Positions 51,519-62,732 of a stretch of DNA of 64,000 bases are shown one piece after another. Both the position numbers and the translations under genes were made by a program. Under the pieces are notes generated by a model. That model was not told the DNA's origin. It saw nothing but the letters and a program-made list of their open reading frames with translations, and did no database searches. This DNA comes from Clostridia bacterium. Lineage in GTDB: Bacteria > Bacillota > Clostridia > UBA1381 > UBA9506. Position 1 is the stretch's first letter; each line of letters opens with the position of its first letter. The stretch spans positions 691-64,690 of the forward strand of contig JAZOLH010000037.1 of NCBI GenBank assembly GCA_045652815.1. The letters are read 5' to 3'.

Positions 51519-52235
51519 TTATCCTTTCAGTTTTTTCACTTCTTCATCGGTTAAATGTCGCCAAGAGCCAACGGGTAAATTCCCTAAAGAAATGGGACCT
51601 TCAGAGATGCGAATCAGTTTGGCGGCAGCGTGACCGATAGCGGCACACATTTTTCTCACCTGACGGTTGCGACCTTCGTGAAGGGTAATGAAAAGATCGG
51701 TGGTGTTAGATGTTTTTTTGCCGTTTTTTACGCCTGCGGGGCGGGTTTTTCTGCCATCAATCACAACGCCTTTTTTCAAAGCGGCGATGGCATCTGCATC
51801 AGGAAAACCTGCCACGGTGGCAAGATATGTTTTACTGATTTCGTGGCTGGGATGAGTCAGACGGTTAGTTAAATCGCCATCGTTTGTTAAGAGCAAAAGA
51901 CCTTCCGTATCGTAGTCAAGACGACCAACGGGGTAAATGCGCCCCAAAGATGCAGGCACTAAATCCAGAACGGTTTCGCGGTCAAAATTGTCCTTTGCCG
52001 TTGTCACAACCCCTGCGGGTTTATGGAGCATGATATACACTTTTTCTTCGGCTAGGGATACATTTTTACCGTCCACAGTAACGCTATCGTGCTCGGGATC
52101 GACTTTTGTGCCCAAGGTATCGCACAGGGTACCATTAACGCTCACACGTCCGTCCAAAATCATCGTTTCGGCACTGCGACGGGATGCAACACCACAAAGG
52201 GCCAGATATTTTTGCAATCTCATTTCTTCAGCCAT
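51519..52235 (-). CDS. rluB: Pseudouridine synthase, RsuA/RluB family (S4 domain + catalytic domain)
   Basis: S4 domain (MRLQKYLALCGVASRR) and catalytic GRLDYDTEGLLLLTNDG. Confidence 0.9.
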   Translation of the reverse strand: MAEEMRLQKYLALCGVASRRSAETMILDGRVSVNGTLCDTLGTKVDPEHDSVTVDGKNVSLAEEKVYIMLHKPAGVVTTAKDNFDRETVLDLVPASLGRIYPVGRLDYDTEGLLLLTNDGDLTNRLTHPSHEISKTYLATVAGFPDADAIAALKKGVVIDGRKTRPAGVKNGKKTSNTTDLFITLHEGRNRQVRKMCAAIGHAAAKLIRISEGPISLGNLPVGSWRHLTDEEVKKLKG

Positions 52236-52284
52236 GAATTCACCTTCGTTCTGCTTAACATAACAGTTTAATTATATAGGTTTT

Positions 52285-53421
52285 TCAGGCAAAGTTCAAG
52301 ATGAATTTGAAAATATTGCGGAAATTATCCCAAAAGGTAGGGGGTGGCGGCGCTACAAAATGCACATCTGTTCCTGCCAGCAAATCCATTTCTTCTAAAA
52401 TCTGTGTATCATAGCGGATGGTCAGGCGCCCGATTTTTGAACCGGCTTTAATGGGGGCAGAGATGGTTTCGGGGATTAAATAATCCAGTTTGATGTGGCT
52501 GAGGCTGTCTTTATCCTGTGCTGTTGTGTAAAAAGTTTTGCCTGCAACTAAATCTAAAGATTCATAATTGCCGTTTTCGATGGGGACGGTTTTTAACACC
52601 ATATTTTCTAAAATCAAAGGCGTGGCTTCTAAGACAGAAAAACCATAATCCAGCATAGTTTTATGGTCATTCCAATCGTTTGGAGCGTTCAGGGTGACAC
52701 AAATTAAAAATTCGTTATCCCGTTTTGCTGCAGATACTAAACATCGCCCCGTCTTTTTGGTGAATCCTGTTTTAACACCAATGCAACCTGCGTAAAGAGA
52801 CAGGAGTTTGTTGTGGTTATGAAAACTGCGGGGAACGGAGTCTTCATCAGCCTGAGTGGTTTTGTTTTTGGTAGCAACGATTTCGGCAAAACGGGGGTTT
52901 GAAAGTGCCTCCTTTGTGATTAAAGCCAGATCGTAGGCAGTGGTGAAATGTCCCTCTTCATCAAGTCCGTTTGGGTTTTTAAAAGCGGTGTTTTTAGCAC
53001 CGATGGCTTTTGCTTTTCGGGTCATCATCTGTGCAAAAGAGTTCACATCTTTTGCAATGTGTTCGGCAATGGCGATGGCAGCATCGTTGCCCGAGGAGAG
53101 CATCAGCCCATAGAGTAAATCGCTCATGGGCAGGGTTTCGCCCGCCTTTACATACATACTGGAGCCCTCAGTTCCTGCGGCGTTATCGCTCACCGTTACA
53201 ATCTCGTTTTCCTTGGCGTTTTCAAGGGCTAAAAGTGCGGTCATAATCTTGGTGGTACTGGCCATAGAATGGGTTTCATAAGCGTTTTTTTCAAACAAAA
53301 CCCGCCCTGTTTGCCCGTCAATCAAACAAGCATATTTTGCGGAAACATTGATGGCGGAAACAGGCAGGGGAAAGGCAGAAATCAGCAGACAAAATGCAAG
53401 ACAAAAAGCAATCACTTTCAT
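52285..53421 (-). CDS. dacB: D-alanyl-D-alanine carboxypeptidase (S11, PBP5/DacB-like)
   Basis: SxxK (SMASTTK), SGN and KTG motifs. Signal peptide and a C-terminal PBP5_C-like domain. Confidence 0.88.
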   Translation of the reverse strand: MKVIAFCLAFCLLISAFPLPVSAINVSAKYACLIDGQTGRVLFEKNAYETHSMASTTKIMTALLALENAKENEIVTVSDNAAGTEGSSMYVKAGETLPMSDLLYGLMLSSGNDAAIAIAEHIAKDVNSFAQMMTRKAKAIGAKNTAFKNPNGLDEEGHFTTAYDLALITKEALSNPRFAEIVATKNKTTQADEDSVPRSFHNHNKLLSLYAGCIGVKTGFTKKTGRCLVSAAKRDNEFLICVTLNAPNDWNDHKTMLDYGFSVLEATPLILENMVLKTVPIENGNYESLDLVAGKTFYTTAQDKDSLSHIKLDYLIPETISAPIKAGSKIGRLTIRYDTQILEEMDLLAGTDVHFVAPPPPTFWDNFRNIFKFILNFA

Positions 53422-53588
53422 ACAAACACTCCTTTTTTAAAACTATATGAAATGAAACAGGCGGGCATACAAAAAAATTTTAAAAATCAAAATTTTCTGT
53501 TTAAAATAAAAAAAGATAGGGTATATAATATATAACAAAGTTATCCAAAGGGTAACTTTGCATATATCAGGAAGAGGAGTTGACCTAT

Positions 53589-54125
53589 ATGAAAATAACG
53601 ATGACAGGTAAACAGATTGAATTAACCCAGGGTTTAAAAGACAGAATCACCGATCGTTTCAGCAAACTCGATCGCTATTTCCACAAAGAAACGGAAGCAA
53701 CGGTCACTCTTTCCGTACAGAAGGAACAGCAGGTTGTGGAAGCAACTGTCTATTCCGGTAGTTTGATTATGCGCGTGGAAGAAGCCACCAGCGATATGTA
53801 CACAAGTATTGATAACGCTGTGGATATTTTAGAACGCCAGCTGAGAAAACACAAAACAAGAATCGAAAAGAAACTGAAAAAAGATACGTTTGATGCGGCA
53901 TTTTTAGCTGAAATTCCTTACAGCAAAATTGTTGAGGAAGAAGATGAGTTTAACATTGTTCGCAAAAAGCGCTTTACAACAAAACCCATGAGCGCTGAAG
54001 AAGCCATTTTGCAGATGAACCTGCTGGGACATCAGTTCTATATTTTCCAGAATGCAGAAACGAGCGAAACCAATGTGGTTTACAAACGTAAAAGCGGCGA
54101 CTACGGTCTGATTGAACTTGGTTAA
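53589..54125 (+). CDS. hpf: Ribosome hibernation promoting factor (long HPF)
   Basis: MKITMTGKQIELTQGLKD... S30AE domain plus a C-terminal dimerisation domain (HQFYIFQNAETSETNVVYKRKSGDYGLIE). Confidence 0.92.
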   Translation: MKITMTGKQIELTQGLKDRITDRFSKLDRYFHKETEATVTLSVQKEQQVVEATVYSGSLIMRVEEATSDMYTSIDNAVDILERQLRKHKTRIEKKLKKDTFDAAFLAEIPYSKIVEEEDEFNIVRKKRFTTKPMSAEEAILQMNLLGHQFYIFQNAETSETNVVYKRKSGDYGLIELG

Positions 54126-54159
54126 AAATTTTTGACGATATAAGGAGGCAACAAACAAC

Positions 54160-54693
54160 ATGGAACTCAAAGGCACAAAAACAGAGAAAAATTTGATGGA
54201 GGCATTTGCAGGCGAAAGTCAGGCGCGCAATAAATATACATATTTTGCGTCTGTTGCCAAAAAAGAAGGCTATCAGCAGATTGCCGCAATCTTTGAAGAA
54301 ACTGCCAATAACGAAAAAGAACATGCAAAACTGTGGTTTAAGGCATTGGGTGAACTGGGCGACACCGCGCAGAACCTTTTGCACGCTGCTGAGGGCGAAA
54401 ACTATGAATGGACCGATATGTATAGCGGTTTTGCAAAAGATGCTGAAGAAGAAGGTTTCACAGCACTGGCGGCGCAGTTCCGTATGGTAGCGGCCATTGA
54501 AAAGACCCACGAAGAACGCTATCGCAAACTTTTGTCTAACGTTGAAATGCAGGCAGTGTTTGAAAAAGCAGAAGAAACTATGTGGGAATGTCGCAACTGC
54601 GGTCATCTGGTGATCGGCAAAAAAGCACCTCAGGTTTGCCCTGTTTGTGCACATCCTCAGGCATACTTTGAAGTACGCAAAGAAAACTATTAA
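54160..54693 (+). CDS. rbr: Rubrerythrin
   Basis: Diiron ExxH helices and a C-terminal rubredoxin-like CRNCGH...CPVC. Confidence 0.92.
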   Translation: MELKGTKTEKNLMEAFAGESQARNKYTYFASVAKKEGYQQIAAIFEETANNEKEHAKLWFKALGELGDTAQNLLHAAEGENYEWTDMYSGFAKDAEEEGFTALAAQFRMVAAIEKTHEERYRKLLSNVEMQAVFEKAEETMWECRNCGHLVIGKKAPQVCPVCAHPQAYFEVRKENY

Positions 54694-54705
54694 TTCTTAA
54701 ATTAA

Positions 54706-54740
54706 AAAGAGCCACGGGAGTTCCGTGGCTCTTTTTTTAT
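54706..54740. terminator. Bidirectional terminator (rbr / lonB)
   Basis: Stem AGAGCCACGG, loop gagtt, stem CCGTGGCTCT, plus T7. Overlaps the lonB stop codon. Confidence 0.85.
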
Positions 54741-56416
54741 GAACTTTGTGCGCTCATCACGCCTGTATCGGGATATGGCAGGGGAGAATGGGGCAGAGAA
54801 TCAAGGTGGTGGTTCTCAAAAACAGTGTCGAACAGTTCACTTATGGTGCCAATAGGCACAACGGTGATCCCATCGGTTTTGTGGGCATCGTGCCTGTTAT
54901 CTTTAGGAATCAAAACAGTTTTGGCGCCTGCAGCCTTGGCGGCGGATACCTTTGCAGAAACACCACCCACGGGGAGAATGTGCCCTCGGATAGAGATTTC
55001 CCCTGTCATAGCTAGTCTGTTTGGAACGGGGATGCCTTTGATGGCGGAATAGACAGCAGTCAGGATGGCAGCGCCGGCAGAAGGACCGTCGATAGGTGTG
55101 CCGCCGGGTAGGTTAATGTGCAGGTGATAGGCAGTAGGGTCGATTTTGTAGAACTTTTTTAAAAGGGTGAGCATATTTTCAATGGAGGCACGGGCCGAAC
55201 TCTGACGAACCAGTTTTTGACCGCGACCGTCCAGCTGCTGCTGTTCCACAATGCCTGTCACTGTCAGTGTACCACATCCTGATTCGGCAGGGATGGCGCT
55301 GGCTTCCACATCGATTAAAACCCCTGTACCGCCCTCTGAAACAGCCAGACCGTTGACTAAGCCGATGGTGGCGCCATTCGTGACTTTTTTATCATAGCGG
55401 GGCACATAGCGACCATTTTCCGCCACCCACTGTATGTGTTCGGGCAGGATGGTAAGACCATCATCCAGCGAGACAACGCTGCCTGCAGTTTGCACTAAAT
55501 TCACCGCATCACGACCGTTTTGTGCATAGGTACACACAAGGTCTAAAGCATCGGGAGATACGGTAAAACCGCTTTTTTGCGCCGCATTTTCGGCAATGAT
55601 ATGCATATCTGCTCCGGATAGGGGCGAAAAGAAGATTTCCACACAACGTGAGCGGAGTGCCGGCGGGATTTCTTCGGGGTTTCGGGTTGTGGCACCGATT
55701 AAACGAAAATCCGCAGGCAGACCTTTTTGAAACATCTCGTGAATGTGCGGGGGGATGTTTTTGTTGCCGGAGGCATAGTAGGAACTTTCCAGCATAACCG
55801 TTCTGTCCTCTAACACCTTCAGGAGTTTATTCATCTGGGAGGGGTGCAACTCACCGATTTCATCTAAAAACAAAATACCACCGTGGGCACGGGTGACAGC
55901 CCCCGGTTTGGGTTGTGGAATCCCCGCAGGACCATAAGCACCTGCGCCCTGATAAATGGGGTCGTGAACGGAGCCAATCAAGGGGTCTGCGATACTGCGC
56001 TCATCAAAGCGTAGGGTGGTGGCATCCAGTTCAATGAACGGAGCGCCAGCGCGGAACGGTGTTTTTGTGCAGATGACAGCCTCTTTAAACACCGCACGTG
56101 CCGCCGCGGTTTTACCAACGCCGGGCGGTCCGTAGATTAAAATGTGTTGGGGGTTTGGGCTGCAAAGAGCGGCTTTTAAGGCCCGGATACTGTTTTCCTG
56201 ACCGATAACGTCAGACAGTTCTCGGGGTCTTGTTTTTTCAGAGAGAGGTGTTGAAAGATGGATACCCCTTAGTCTGCGGAGTTTTTCCAGTTCCTTAGCC
56301 GAATCACTTTCAACGCCGCTTTTGCTTGACCGCTGGTTGCGGAGCATAGAGAAGAAATATAAACTCATTATGAGTGTTAAGAAAATCTGCAGAAACATAA
56401 AAATTGTATTAAACAA
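54737..56416 (-). CDS. lonB: Sporulation Lon-like protease LonB
   Basis: N-terminal TM anchor, AAA+ Walker A GPPGVGKT, and Lon protease Ser site DGPSAGAA. 559 aa. TTG start 10 nt after AGGAGG. Confidence 0.85.
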   Translation of the reverse strand: MFNTIFMFLQIFLTLIMSLYFFSMLRNQRSSKSGVESDSAKELEKLRRLRGIHLSTPLSEKTRPRELSDVIGQENSIRALKAALCSPNPQHILIYGPPGVGKTAAARAVFKEAVICTKTPFRAGAPFIELDATTLRFDERSIADPLIGSVHDPIYQGAGAYGPAGIPQPKPGAVTRAHGGILFLDEIGELHPSQMNKLLKVLEDRTVMLESSYYASGNKNIPPHIHEMFQKGLPADFRLIGATTRNPEEIPPALRSRCVEIFFSPLSGADMHIIAENAAQKSGFTVSPDALDLVCTYAQNGRDAVNLVQTAGSVVSLDDGLTILPEHIQWVAENGRYVPRYDKKVTNGATIGLVNGLAVSEGGTGVLIDVEASAIPAESGCGTLTVTGIVEQQQLDGRGQKLVRQSSARASIENMLTLLKKFYKIDPTAYHLHINLPGGTPIDGPSAGAAILTAVYSAIKGIPVPNRLAMTGEISIRGHILPVGGVSAKVSAAKAAGAKTVLIPKDNRHDAHKTDGITVVPIGTISELFDTVFENHHLDSLPHSPLPYPDTGVMSAQSS

Positions 56417-56508
56417 AAAATGTACGCCTCCTGTTCATCGCTTGCCGACTGTTATCGGTTTTAGTATGAACAGATGTGCAAATTTTATTGCACGGCGTAC
56501 ATTTTTTA

Positions 56509-58713
56509 TTAGTTTTCTTTTGTCAGTTTCGCAAAGGAACCCAGCAGGGTTTTGGTGCCGCAGGAATCAAAGGCAATTTCCAGTTGCACGTCGCCGCCAT
56601 TAGGCGTCACGGACATAATCATACCCCGACCAAACTTTTTGTGGGACACCACATCGCCGGGATTGTAGGCAGAAGAGGCGGCTTTGCGCTCTTCTTTGTC
56701 TTTGGAGAGAGCCTGCAGCAGTGACTTGGTGCTGTCATAAAACTTGTAGTCACTTTTCTTAACCGAAGAGGCGGCAATGGGCTCAGATTCTTTCACAAGT
56801 GCGTTTAAGCACTCTGTGGGAATCTCCTGCAAAAAGCGGGATGGCATAGTGTAACCGCCGCTACCGTAGCGGTTTCGATAGTTAGCGTGAGAGAGAATCA
56901 GGTGTCGCTTTGCGCGGGTGATACCCACATAGCAAAGGCGGCGTTCTTCTTCCACTTCATCATCAGACATGGATTTTAAACTGGGGAAAAGTCCCTCTTC
57001 CATACCGCACAGGAACACGCGGGGGAACTCAAGACCTTTGGCACTGTGGAGGGTCATTAAAACAACACTTTCAGCATCGGGGTCATAGTTATCAATATCG
57101 GAAACCAGCGCTGTCAGTTCCAAAAAGCCGGACAGTGTGGGCTCTTCTTCGTTTCGTTCATATTCAACTGCAGCGTTCACAAATTCCTGCAGGTTGTCAA
57201 GCCTAGTTTGGTTTTCAACGGAATCATCAGCGTGGAGCATATCCTGATATCCCGTTTCTGCCAACATAATTTCAATCAGTTCAGAGGGTTTTATGCCAAT
57301 GGCACGTGCCTGCAGGCGACGAATCAGGGCGGTAAAGGCAACCAAACGGTCTGCCGCACGGGCAAGGGTAGGCTCATTCACTGCATTTTCCATTACGGTG
57401 AACAGGCTCACATCGTTTTCGCGGGCCACTTCGGACACTTTTTCTAAGGATGCCACACCGATTTTTCGGGCAGGCTCGTTCACAACGCGCAGCAGACTGA
57501 TGCTATCGTTGGGGTTTTGAATCAGGCGCAGATACGCCAGCGCATCCTTAACTTCCTTGCGGTCGTAAAAGCGCAGACCGGCTAAAACGCGGTAGGGAAT
57601 ACCGTGACCCGAAAGCGTTGTTTCGATCACGCGGGACTGGGCGTTGGTGCGATAGAGAATCGCACAATCAGAATATGCCGCACCACTGCGAACAGCAGAT
57701 GTAATCTGGTTTGCAATAAATTCCGCTTCGTCATATTCATTGTCGCCACGGAACAGGTCAATTTTTTCACCGCCGCCATTCTCTGTCCAAAGGTTTTTGC
57801 CTTTTCGACCGCGGTTGTTGGCAATAACAGCGTTGGCAGCATTCAAAATTGTCTGTGTGGAGCGGTAGTTCTGCTCCAGTTTAATCACCTGTGCGCCGGG
57901 GAATTCTTTTTCAAAATTCAGAATGTTCTGAATGTTGGCACCACGGAATTTATAAATACTCTGGTCATCATCGCCTACGACGCAAATATTGTCATAGCCC
58001 TGCGCCAGTAGATTCACAAGCATAGACTGGGAATTGTTAGTATCCTGATACTCATCCACGAACACATAATGGAACTGACGCTGATAGCGTTTTAACACTT
58101 CTTCTTCCTGAGAGAGAAGTTGTACGGTGCGCATAATGATATCGTCAAAGTCCAGCGCATTGGCTTCCACCAGTTGCTTCTGATATTCGCGGTAGGCCTC
58201 GCCGATGAGTTTTTTGCGATAGTTTCCTTCGTTGATGGAAAGGTACTCCGTGGGACCGTAAAGTTCATCTTTTGCTGTTGAAATTTCGTAGAGAACACTG
58301 CGGATCGGGAGCATTTTTTCATCAATATTCAGGGTCTTTAAAACGCGCTTCATCAGGGTTTTCTGGTCGGCAGCGTCATAAATCACAAAGTCGCGGGTGT
58401 AACCGCCTAAACGCTCAATATCGCGGCGGAGAATACGCATACAAAGGGAGTGGAAAGTACCAATCCACATACTGCCGGCATCTTTACCAACACTTTTTTC
58501 GATTCGCTCTTTCATTTCGTTAGCGGCCTTGTTGGTGAAGGTGATGGCAAGAATCTGCCAAGGCTCAGCCAGTTTTTGTTCTAATATGTAAGCAATTTTG
58601 TTAACAACAACGGTGGTTTTACCACTGCCGGCACCTGCTAAAATCAAGAGGGGTCCATCGGTTTCCAAAATAGCTTTTTTCTGTTGGGGGTTAAAACGAT
58701 CTAAATTGATCAT
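56509..58713 (-). CDS. pcrA: ATP-dependent DNA helicase PcrA (UvrD family)
   Basis: [15 protein letters not shown] and a C-terminal Tudor-like tail. 734 aa. Confidence 0.9.
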   Translation of the reverse strand: MINLDRFNPQQKKAILETDGPLLILAGAGSGKTTVVVNKIAYILEQKLAEPWQILAITFTNKAANEMKERIEKSVGKDAGSMWIGTFHSLCMRILRRDIERLGGYTRDFVIYDAADQKTLMKRVLKTLNIDEKMLPIRSVLYEISTAKDELYGPTEYLSINEGNYRKKLIGEAYREYQKQLVEANALDFDDIIMRTVQLLSQEEEVLKRYQRQFHYVFVDEYQDTNNSQSMLVNLLAQGYDNICVVGDDDQSIYKFRGANIQNILNFEKEFPGAQVIKLEQNYRSTQTILNAANAVIANNRGRKGKNLWTENGGGEKIDLFRGDNEYDEAEFIANQITSAVRSGAAYSDCAILYRTNAQSRVIETTLSGHGIPYRVLAGLRFYDRKEVKDALAYLRLIQNPNDSISLLRVVNEPARKIGVASLEKVSEVARENDVSLFTVMENAVNEPTLARAADRLVAFTALIRRLQARAIGIKPSELIEIMLAETGYQDMLHADDSVENQTRLDNLQEFVNAAVEYERNEEEPTLSGFLELTALVSDIDNYDPDAESVVLMTLHSAKGLEFPRVFLCGMEEGLFPSLKSMSDDEVEEERRLCYVGITRAKRHLILSHANYRNRYGSGGYTMPSRFLQEIPTECLNALVKESEPIAASSVKKSDYKFYDSTKSLLQALSKDKEERKAASSAYNPGDVVSHKKFGRGMIMSVTPNGGDVQLEIAFDSCGTKTLLGSFAKLTKEN

Positions 58714-60008
58714 AACGATTCGATGATTCCTTTCATAATATCCAAAGCGCGGAGGGAGATTTTGCGATAGCGTTCACGCTTGTTTTTCTCTCGCTCGGGG
58801 AGAGAATCAATGATGCCGAAGTTGATGTTCATGGGCTGGAAGTTCTTGCCCGCAAAGTTTGCAATATAGTGCCCCAAAGCACCTGTTGCAGTAGCAGAGG
58901 GGAAGGTAACTTTCGGTTTGCCGAGGAGTTCTCTTGCGGCGGAAAGACCTGCCACAATGCCGGAGGAGGCAGATTCAACATAGCCCTCAACACCCGTCAT
59001 CTGACCGGCAAAGTAAAGACCTTTTCTTGCCTTAAATGCAAAGTTTTCGTTAAGCTTTCCGGGGGAGTGGAGATAGGTGTTTCGATGCATGACGCCATAG
59101 CGGACGATATCTAAATTTTCAAGACCGGGAATCATAGAAAATACCCGTTTTTGTTCCCCGAATTTTAGGTGAGTCTGAAAACCCACGAGGTTAAACAATG
59201 TGCCTGCTTCGTTATCCTGACGAAGCTGTACCACCGCGTGATAACGTTTGCCTGTTTCGGGATGCTCAAGACCAACGGGCTTTAAAGGACCAAAGGTCAG
59301 GGCATCTTTGCCGCGTTTTGCCATAACTTCCACGGGCATACAGCCCTCGAACACACGGTTATCTTCAAAGTCTTTCAGCTGGGCGGTTTCAGCGTTAATC
59401 AGCGCCTCGTGAAAGGCCTCATATTCTTCTTTTGTCATAGGGCAGTTCAGGTAATCTGCTGTGCCTTTATCGTAACGGGCCTTGCGGTACACCTTGGTCA
59501 TATCAATAGACTCTAAGGTGATAATGGGTGCGGCGGCATCGTAAAAATAAAGTCCGTCGCCGCAGAGTTTGCTGATGGCGGCAGAGAGGGCATCAGAGGT
59601 CAACGGACCACTTGCCACAACAACGCAATCAGCGTCAGGGATTTCGGCGATTTCCTCGTTGATGATGTTGATATTCGGGCAACTTTCCATTTGCTCTGTG
59701 ATACATTCGGAAAAGCCGATGCGGTCAACTGCCAAAGCGCCGCCTGCGGGCACGCGACATTTGTCTGCGGCACGCATCACGACAGAGTCTAAAAGGCGCA
59801 TTTCTTCTTTGAGCAAACCGGGGCCGTTTTCGAGGCCTTCTGCTCGCAGAGAATTGGAGCAGACAAGTTCACCCAAAGTGTCCAGCGAGTGAGCAGGAGA
59901 GTGCTTTTTGGGCTTCATTTCATATAAATCAACTTCTATACCATGTTTGGCCAGTTGCCATGCGGCTTCACAGCCGGCAAGACCGCCGCCGATTACAATT
60001 GCTTTCAT
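58710..60008 (-). CDS. trmFO: Methylenetetrahydrofolate--tRNA-(uracil-5-)-methyltransferase TrmFO
   Basis: FAD motif [11 protein letters not shown]. 432 aa. 4-nt overlap with the pcrA start. Confidence 0.92.
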   Translation of the reverse strand: MKAIVIGGGLAGCEAAWQLAKHGIEVDLYEMKPKKHSPAHSLDTLGELVCSNSLRAEGLENGPGLLKEEMRLLDSVVMRAADKCRVPAGGALAVDRIGFSECITEQMESCPNINIINEEIAEIPDADCVVVASGPLTSDALSAAISKLCGDGLYFYDAAAPIITLESIDMTKVYRKARYDKGTADYLNCPMTKEEYEAFHEALINAETAQLKDFEDNRVFEGCMPVEVMAKRGKDALTFGPLKPVGLEHPETGKRYHAVVQLRQDNEAGTLFNLVGFQTHLKFGEQKRVFSMIPGLENLDIVRYGVMHRNTYLHSPGKLNENFAFKARKGLYFAGQMTGVEGYVESASSGIVAGLSAARELLGKPKVTFPSATATGALGHYIANFAGKNFQPMNINFGIIDSLPEREKNKRERYRKISLRALDIMKGIIESL

Positions 60009-60017
60009 AAAATCACC

Positions 60018-61136
60018 TTATACATCTCTTAGAATAAAATTAATATAGTTATGCTGTTTAGGATACAGTTTGTCAAGACAGAGGATGGCTTCGCTGCTTC
60101 CTGTCAGTTTTCCGGCTTCTGCCAGTTCTTTGCAGGATGAGTAGCCAAGTACCAGTTGGGTTAAAGAGCCGATGTCTGTTGTTACGTCCGCCCTTTTTTC
60201 TGCCTTTTGGATGTTCCCATCTTGTTCAAGATAAACGCCGTTGTTTTCGGGGCAAAACACGTCTGTAACGCCAAGCGAAACATCTCCCAACCCTGCTGAC
60301 AAGGCGGCAGGCACATCAATGATGCGCGCCATAGCGGAGGGGTGTTTTGTTGCTTCTGCGAAAGAAGGCGCATTTGCAGGAAGTAAAAAATCGATGGCTT
60401 GGTAATCCGCCGCCTCTTTCTTTGCAAAAGCGAGCAGAGCAGATGCCTGACTTTCGTTTTCATACGCCATTTCTAAGATGCGGAACCGCTTTTTATCTTT
60501 CAAAAAGGCGATATAACCTGCAGGGTTGCCGCTTTGGTCTTTATACAAAATGAGTTTTCCGTTTACCATAGACAAAAAGGAAAACACAAATTCCCATTCT
60601 TTTTTTCTGCGGCGCACAAAGGCATTTTTATCTTTACAGAATGTTTCGTATATGTTGTTTAAGACGTTATAATTCTCTAAACTTGCGATTGAGAAAGTGC
60701 CCTCTGCATCATCAGGAAGCGTTTCGGTTTTGAAACTGCTATGGCTTTCGCTGTAGCAGGTGGCGAAGCCCATTTTTTCATAAAATTCATAGGAAAAAGG
60801 GATCAGGTGGCTGAACACCTCGCCCCGTTTTTTCTGCTCGGACAGTGCCGCCTGCATCAATGCTTTCGCAACACCAAGGTTGCGATGGGAAGGATGGGTG
60901 CTAACGCCAACGATATAGGAGATTTTAAGATCCTGATTTCGCACGGACAACGTGTAAGGCACCAGTTCCAAAGCACCGATCACGTGATTATCCTCCAGCA
61001 TAGCAAGCGCATTTTCACCTTGCCAGATGCCGCCGAAATATACAGAAAGAAAGGCCTCTGTGTCGCCAAATGCGATGTGCCAAAGGTCTTTGATTTCGTC
61101 TATAAATTGAGAATTATCGGGGAAACGAATGTTCAT
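60018..61136 (-). CDS. Eis-like GNAT N-acetyltransferase with a C-terminal SCP2-like domain
   Basis: GNAT core (VSTHPSHRNLGVAKALM). About 370 aa with the three-domain Eis-like layout. Confidence 0.7.
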   Translation of the reverse strand: MNIRFPDNSQFIDEIKDLWHIAFGDTEAFLSVYFGGIWQGENALAMLEDNHVIGALELVPYTLSVRNQDLKISYIVGVSTHPSHRNLGVAKALMQAALSEQKKRGEVFSHLIPFSYEFYEKMGFATCYSESHSSFKTETLPDDAEGTFSIASLENYNVLNNIYETFCKDKNAFVRRRKKEWEFVFSFLSMVNGKLILYKDQSGNPAGYIAFLKDKKRFRILEMAYENESQASALLAFAKKEAADYQAIDFLLPANAPSFAEATKHPSAMARIIDVPAALSAGLGDVSLGVTDVFCPENNGVYLEQDGNIQKAEKRADVTTDIGSLTQLVLGYSSCKELAEAGKLTGSSEAILCLDKLYPKQHNYINFILRDV

Positions 61137-61180
61137 AGTTCACCTTGTTTAATGTGTAAAGTAAAACCACTTTACATAAA

Positions 61181-61945
61181 TTATCGCAGGGTTTCTTCAT
61201 ACACGCGGCGCAAATGAGCCAGCACCTTTTTCTCCATACGGGAGATGTTCATTTGCGAGGTGTTCATTCTCTCAGCAATTTGCGTCTGGGTCAGTTCGTC
61301 GTAATAACGATAGCGGATAAATTCCTGCTCTTTGGGGGGCAAAGAGTTAATAAAATGCTCAATAAAATCGCGGTTTTCGATCATTAAAAACTCATCGTCT
61401 TCCATACCGATACAGTCTGATAAAATGGCTTCCTGACCGTCTAAGGGTTGCTCTAAGGATTGCACGGTTTGGTTATCGCCCCAATAAAGTGCCTGTGCCA
61501 GTTGTTCGACGGAAATGCCCAATGCCTTTGAAAGTTCATCACGGTCGGGCAGATGACCTGTTTTGACCAGTTTTTCGTTACGGAGTTTATTGGCACGGGA
61601 GAAAATTTCATAGAGCCGTCTGGGGACGCGGATGCAGTTTCCTTTATCCCTGAACAAACGCTTGATTTCGCCTAAAATGGTGGGGGTTGCAAAGGTGGCA
61701 AAACGAATGCCGCGGGAATGGTCAAATCGTTTGACCGCCATCATAAGACCAATGGAGGCAGACTGATAGATGTCATCATATTCAAGGCCTTTGCCTACAA
61801 AACGACGAGACAGAATTTCGGTTATGTAACTATATGTTTCAACAATTTCGCCTAAGAGTGCCAGGCTTTTTGTTTCGCTGTAACGGGAAAATAAAGCCTG
61901 CTCATTCATGAGTTCCTGTTCGGCTTTAACACATGTTGCTTCCAT
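61181..61945 (-). CDS. Sigma-70 family sigma factor of the SigB/SigF/SigG subgroup
   Basis: Region 2 (DDIYQSASIGLMMAVKRFD...FATFATPTILGEIKRLFRD), IRVPRRL, and region 4 HTH (LTQTQIAERMNTSQMNISRMEKK). Confidence 0.82.
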   Translation of the reverse strand: MEATCVKAEQELMNEQALFSRYSETKSLALLGEIVETYSYITEILSRRFVGKGLEYDDIYQSASIGLMMAVKRFDHSRGIRFATFATPTILGEIKRLFRDKGNCIRVPRRLYEIFSRANKLRNEKLVKTGHLPDRDELSKALGISVEQLAQALYWGDNQTVQSLEQPLDGQEAILSDCIGMEDDEFLMIENRDFIEHFINSLPPKEQEFIRYRYYDELTQTQIAERMNTSQMNISRMEKKVLAHLRRVYEETLR

Positions 61946-61969
61946 AGTTTTCTCCTTAGAAAAGGGACT

Positions 61970-62602
61970 TTATGCTTGCTCCATCAGAGCCGCCAACACC
62001 TTTGCGGCGTTTTCATATTGTGCCTGTGTGAAGGCGTCGTTAGCATCTTCGGGGCGGGTAAAGAGAATCAGACCGTAAAGGTCATCATCTGTGAATTTCA
62101 TATCAGCTAAAATGCGGCTGCCCTTTAAAGACAGGGCAACGGGGCTGTCACCACGATAGATAACACGATCACCGTAACTTGCTACATCCATCCATTCGTC
62201 GAGAGCGGAGAAGGCATCTTTTTTAATCATGCGGTCAAAGTTAACCTTGTCCATAATGTAAAGCGTTGCGCCTTTTTCGGAAAGCTGACTGAGCAATTTA
62301 GAATAGTGCTCACGACTGTCTTTGCCCTCTGCATCTTCGCCGATAAACTGACGGGAAATGGTGATGTTTTCCATACCGTCGTGATTGGCATCAACAATGA
62401 GGCCGGGGAGGGCTTCGTTAAAGTTAATGGTTTCTTCGGACAGGGAGCCGATAGAAGTCAGCGAAATGTTTAAATCGCTGACAGGCTGTGTGACAAAATC
62501 AAACACAAGCCAAACGCCCAACAAAGCAACCAGAGCAATCAGACAATGAAATTTATAATAATACCAGAAATTATCAAGTTTTTGTTTCCAAGTGTTGTTC
62601 AT
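61970..62602 (-). CDS. Hypothetical membrane-anchored (N-terminal TM) extracytoplasmic protein
   Basis: GAGG RBS 7 nt before ATG 62602. Single TM segment LIALVALLGVWLVFDF. No recognisable motif. Confidence 0.5.
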   Translation of the reverse strand: MNNTWKQKLDNFWYYYKFHCLIALVALLGVWLVFDFVTQPVSDLNISLTSIGSLSEETINFNEALPGLIVDANHDGMENITISRQFIGEDAEGKDSREHYSKLLSQLSEKGATLYIMDKVNFDRMIKKDAFSALDEWMDVASYGDRVIYRGDSPVALSLKGSRILADMKFTDDDLYGLILFTRPEDANDAFTQAQYENAAKVLAALMEQA

Positions 62603-62691
62603 AGAAAGGCCTCTTTTTCGATAAAATTTCTCTTTATACAGTATAGCACAAAACCCTATACATTTCAATCACAAGTTTGGAAAAAGAAAAG

Positions 62692-62727
62692 AAAAAAGGT
62701 GTTACCGAATCAGGTAACACCTTTTCT
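62692..62727 (-). terminator. Intrinsic terminator of the ClC gene
   Basis: AAGGTGTTACC-gaatca-GGTAACACCTT with flanking A/T runs. Confidence 0.8.
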
Positions 62728-62732
62728 ATCGT

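Noticed and set aside
56433-56508. Forespore (sigmaF/G-type) promoter for lonB (..GCAATA, 17-18 nt, CATACTA)
   Set aside because: The -10 fits CATnnTA but the -35 is a poor match to GHATR/GTATA. This is too weak to report as a feature without TSS data.
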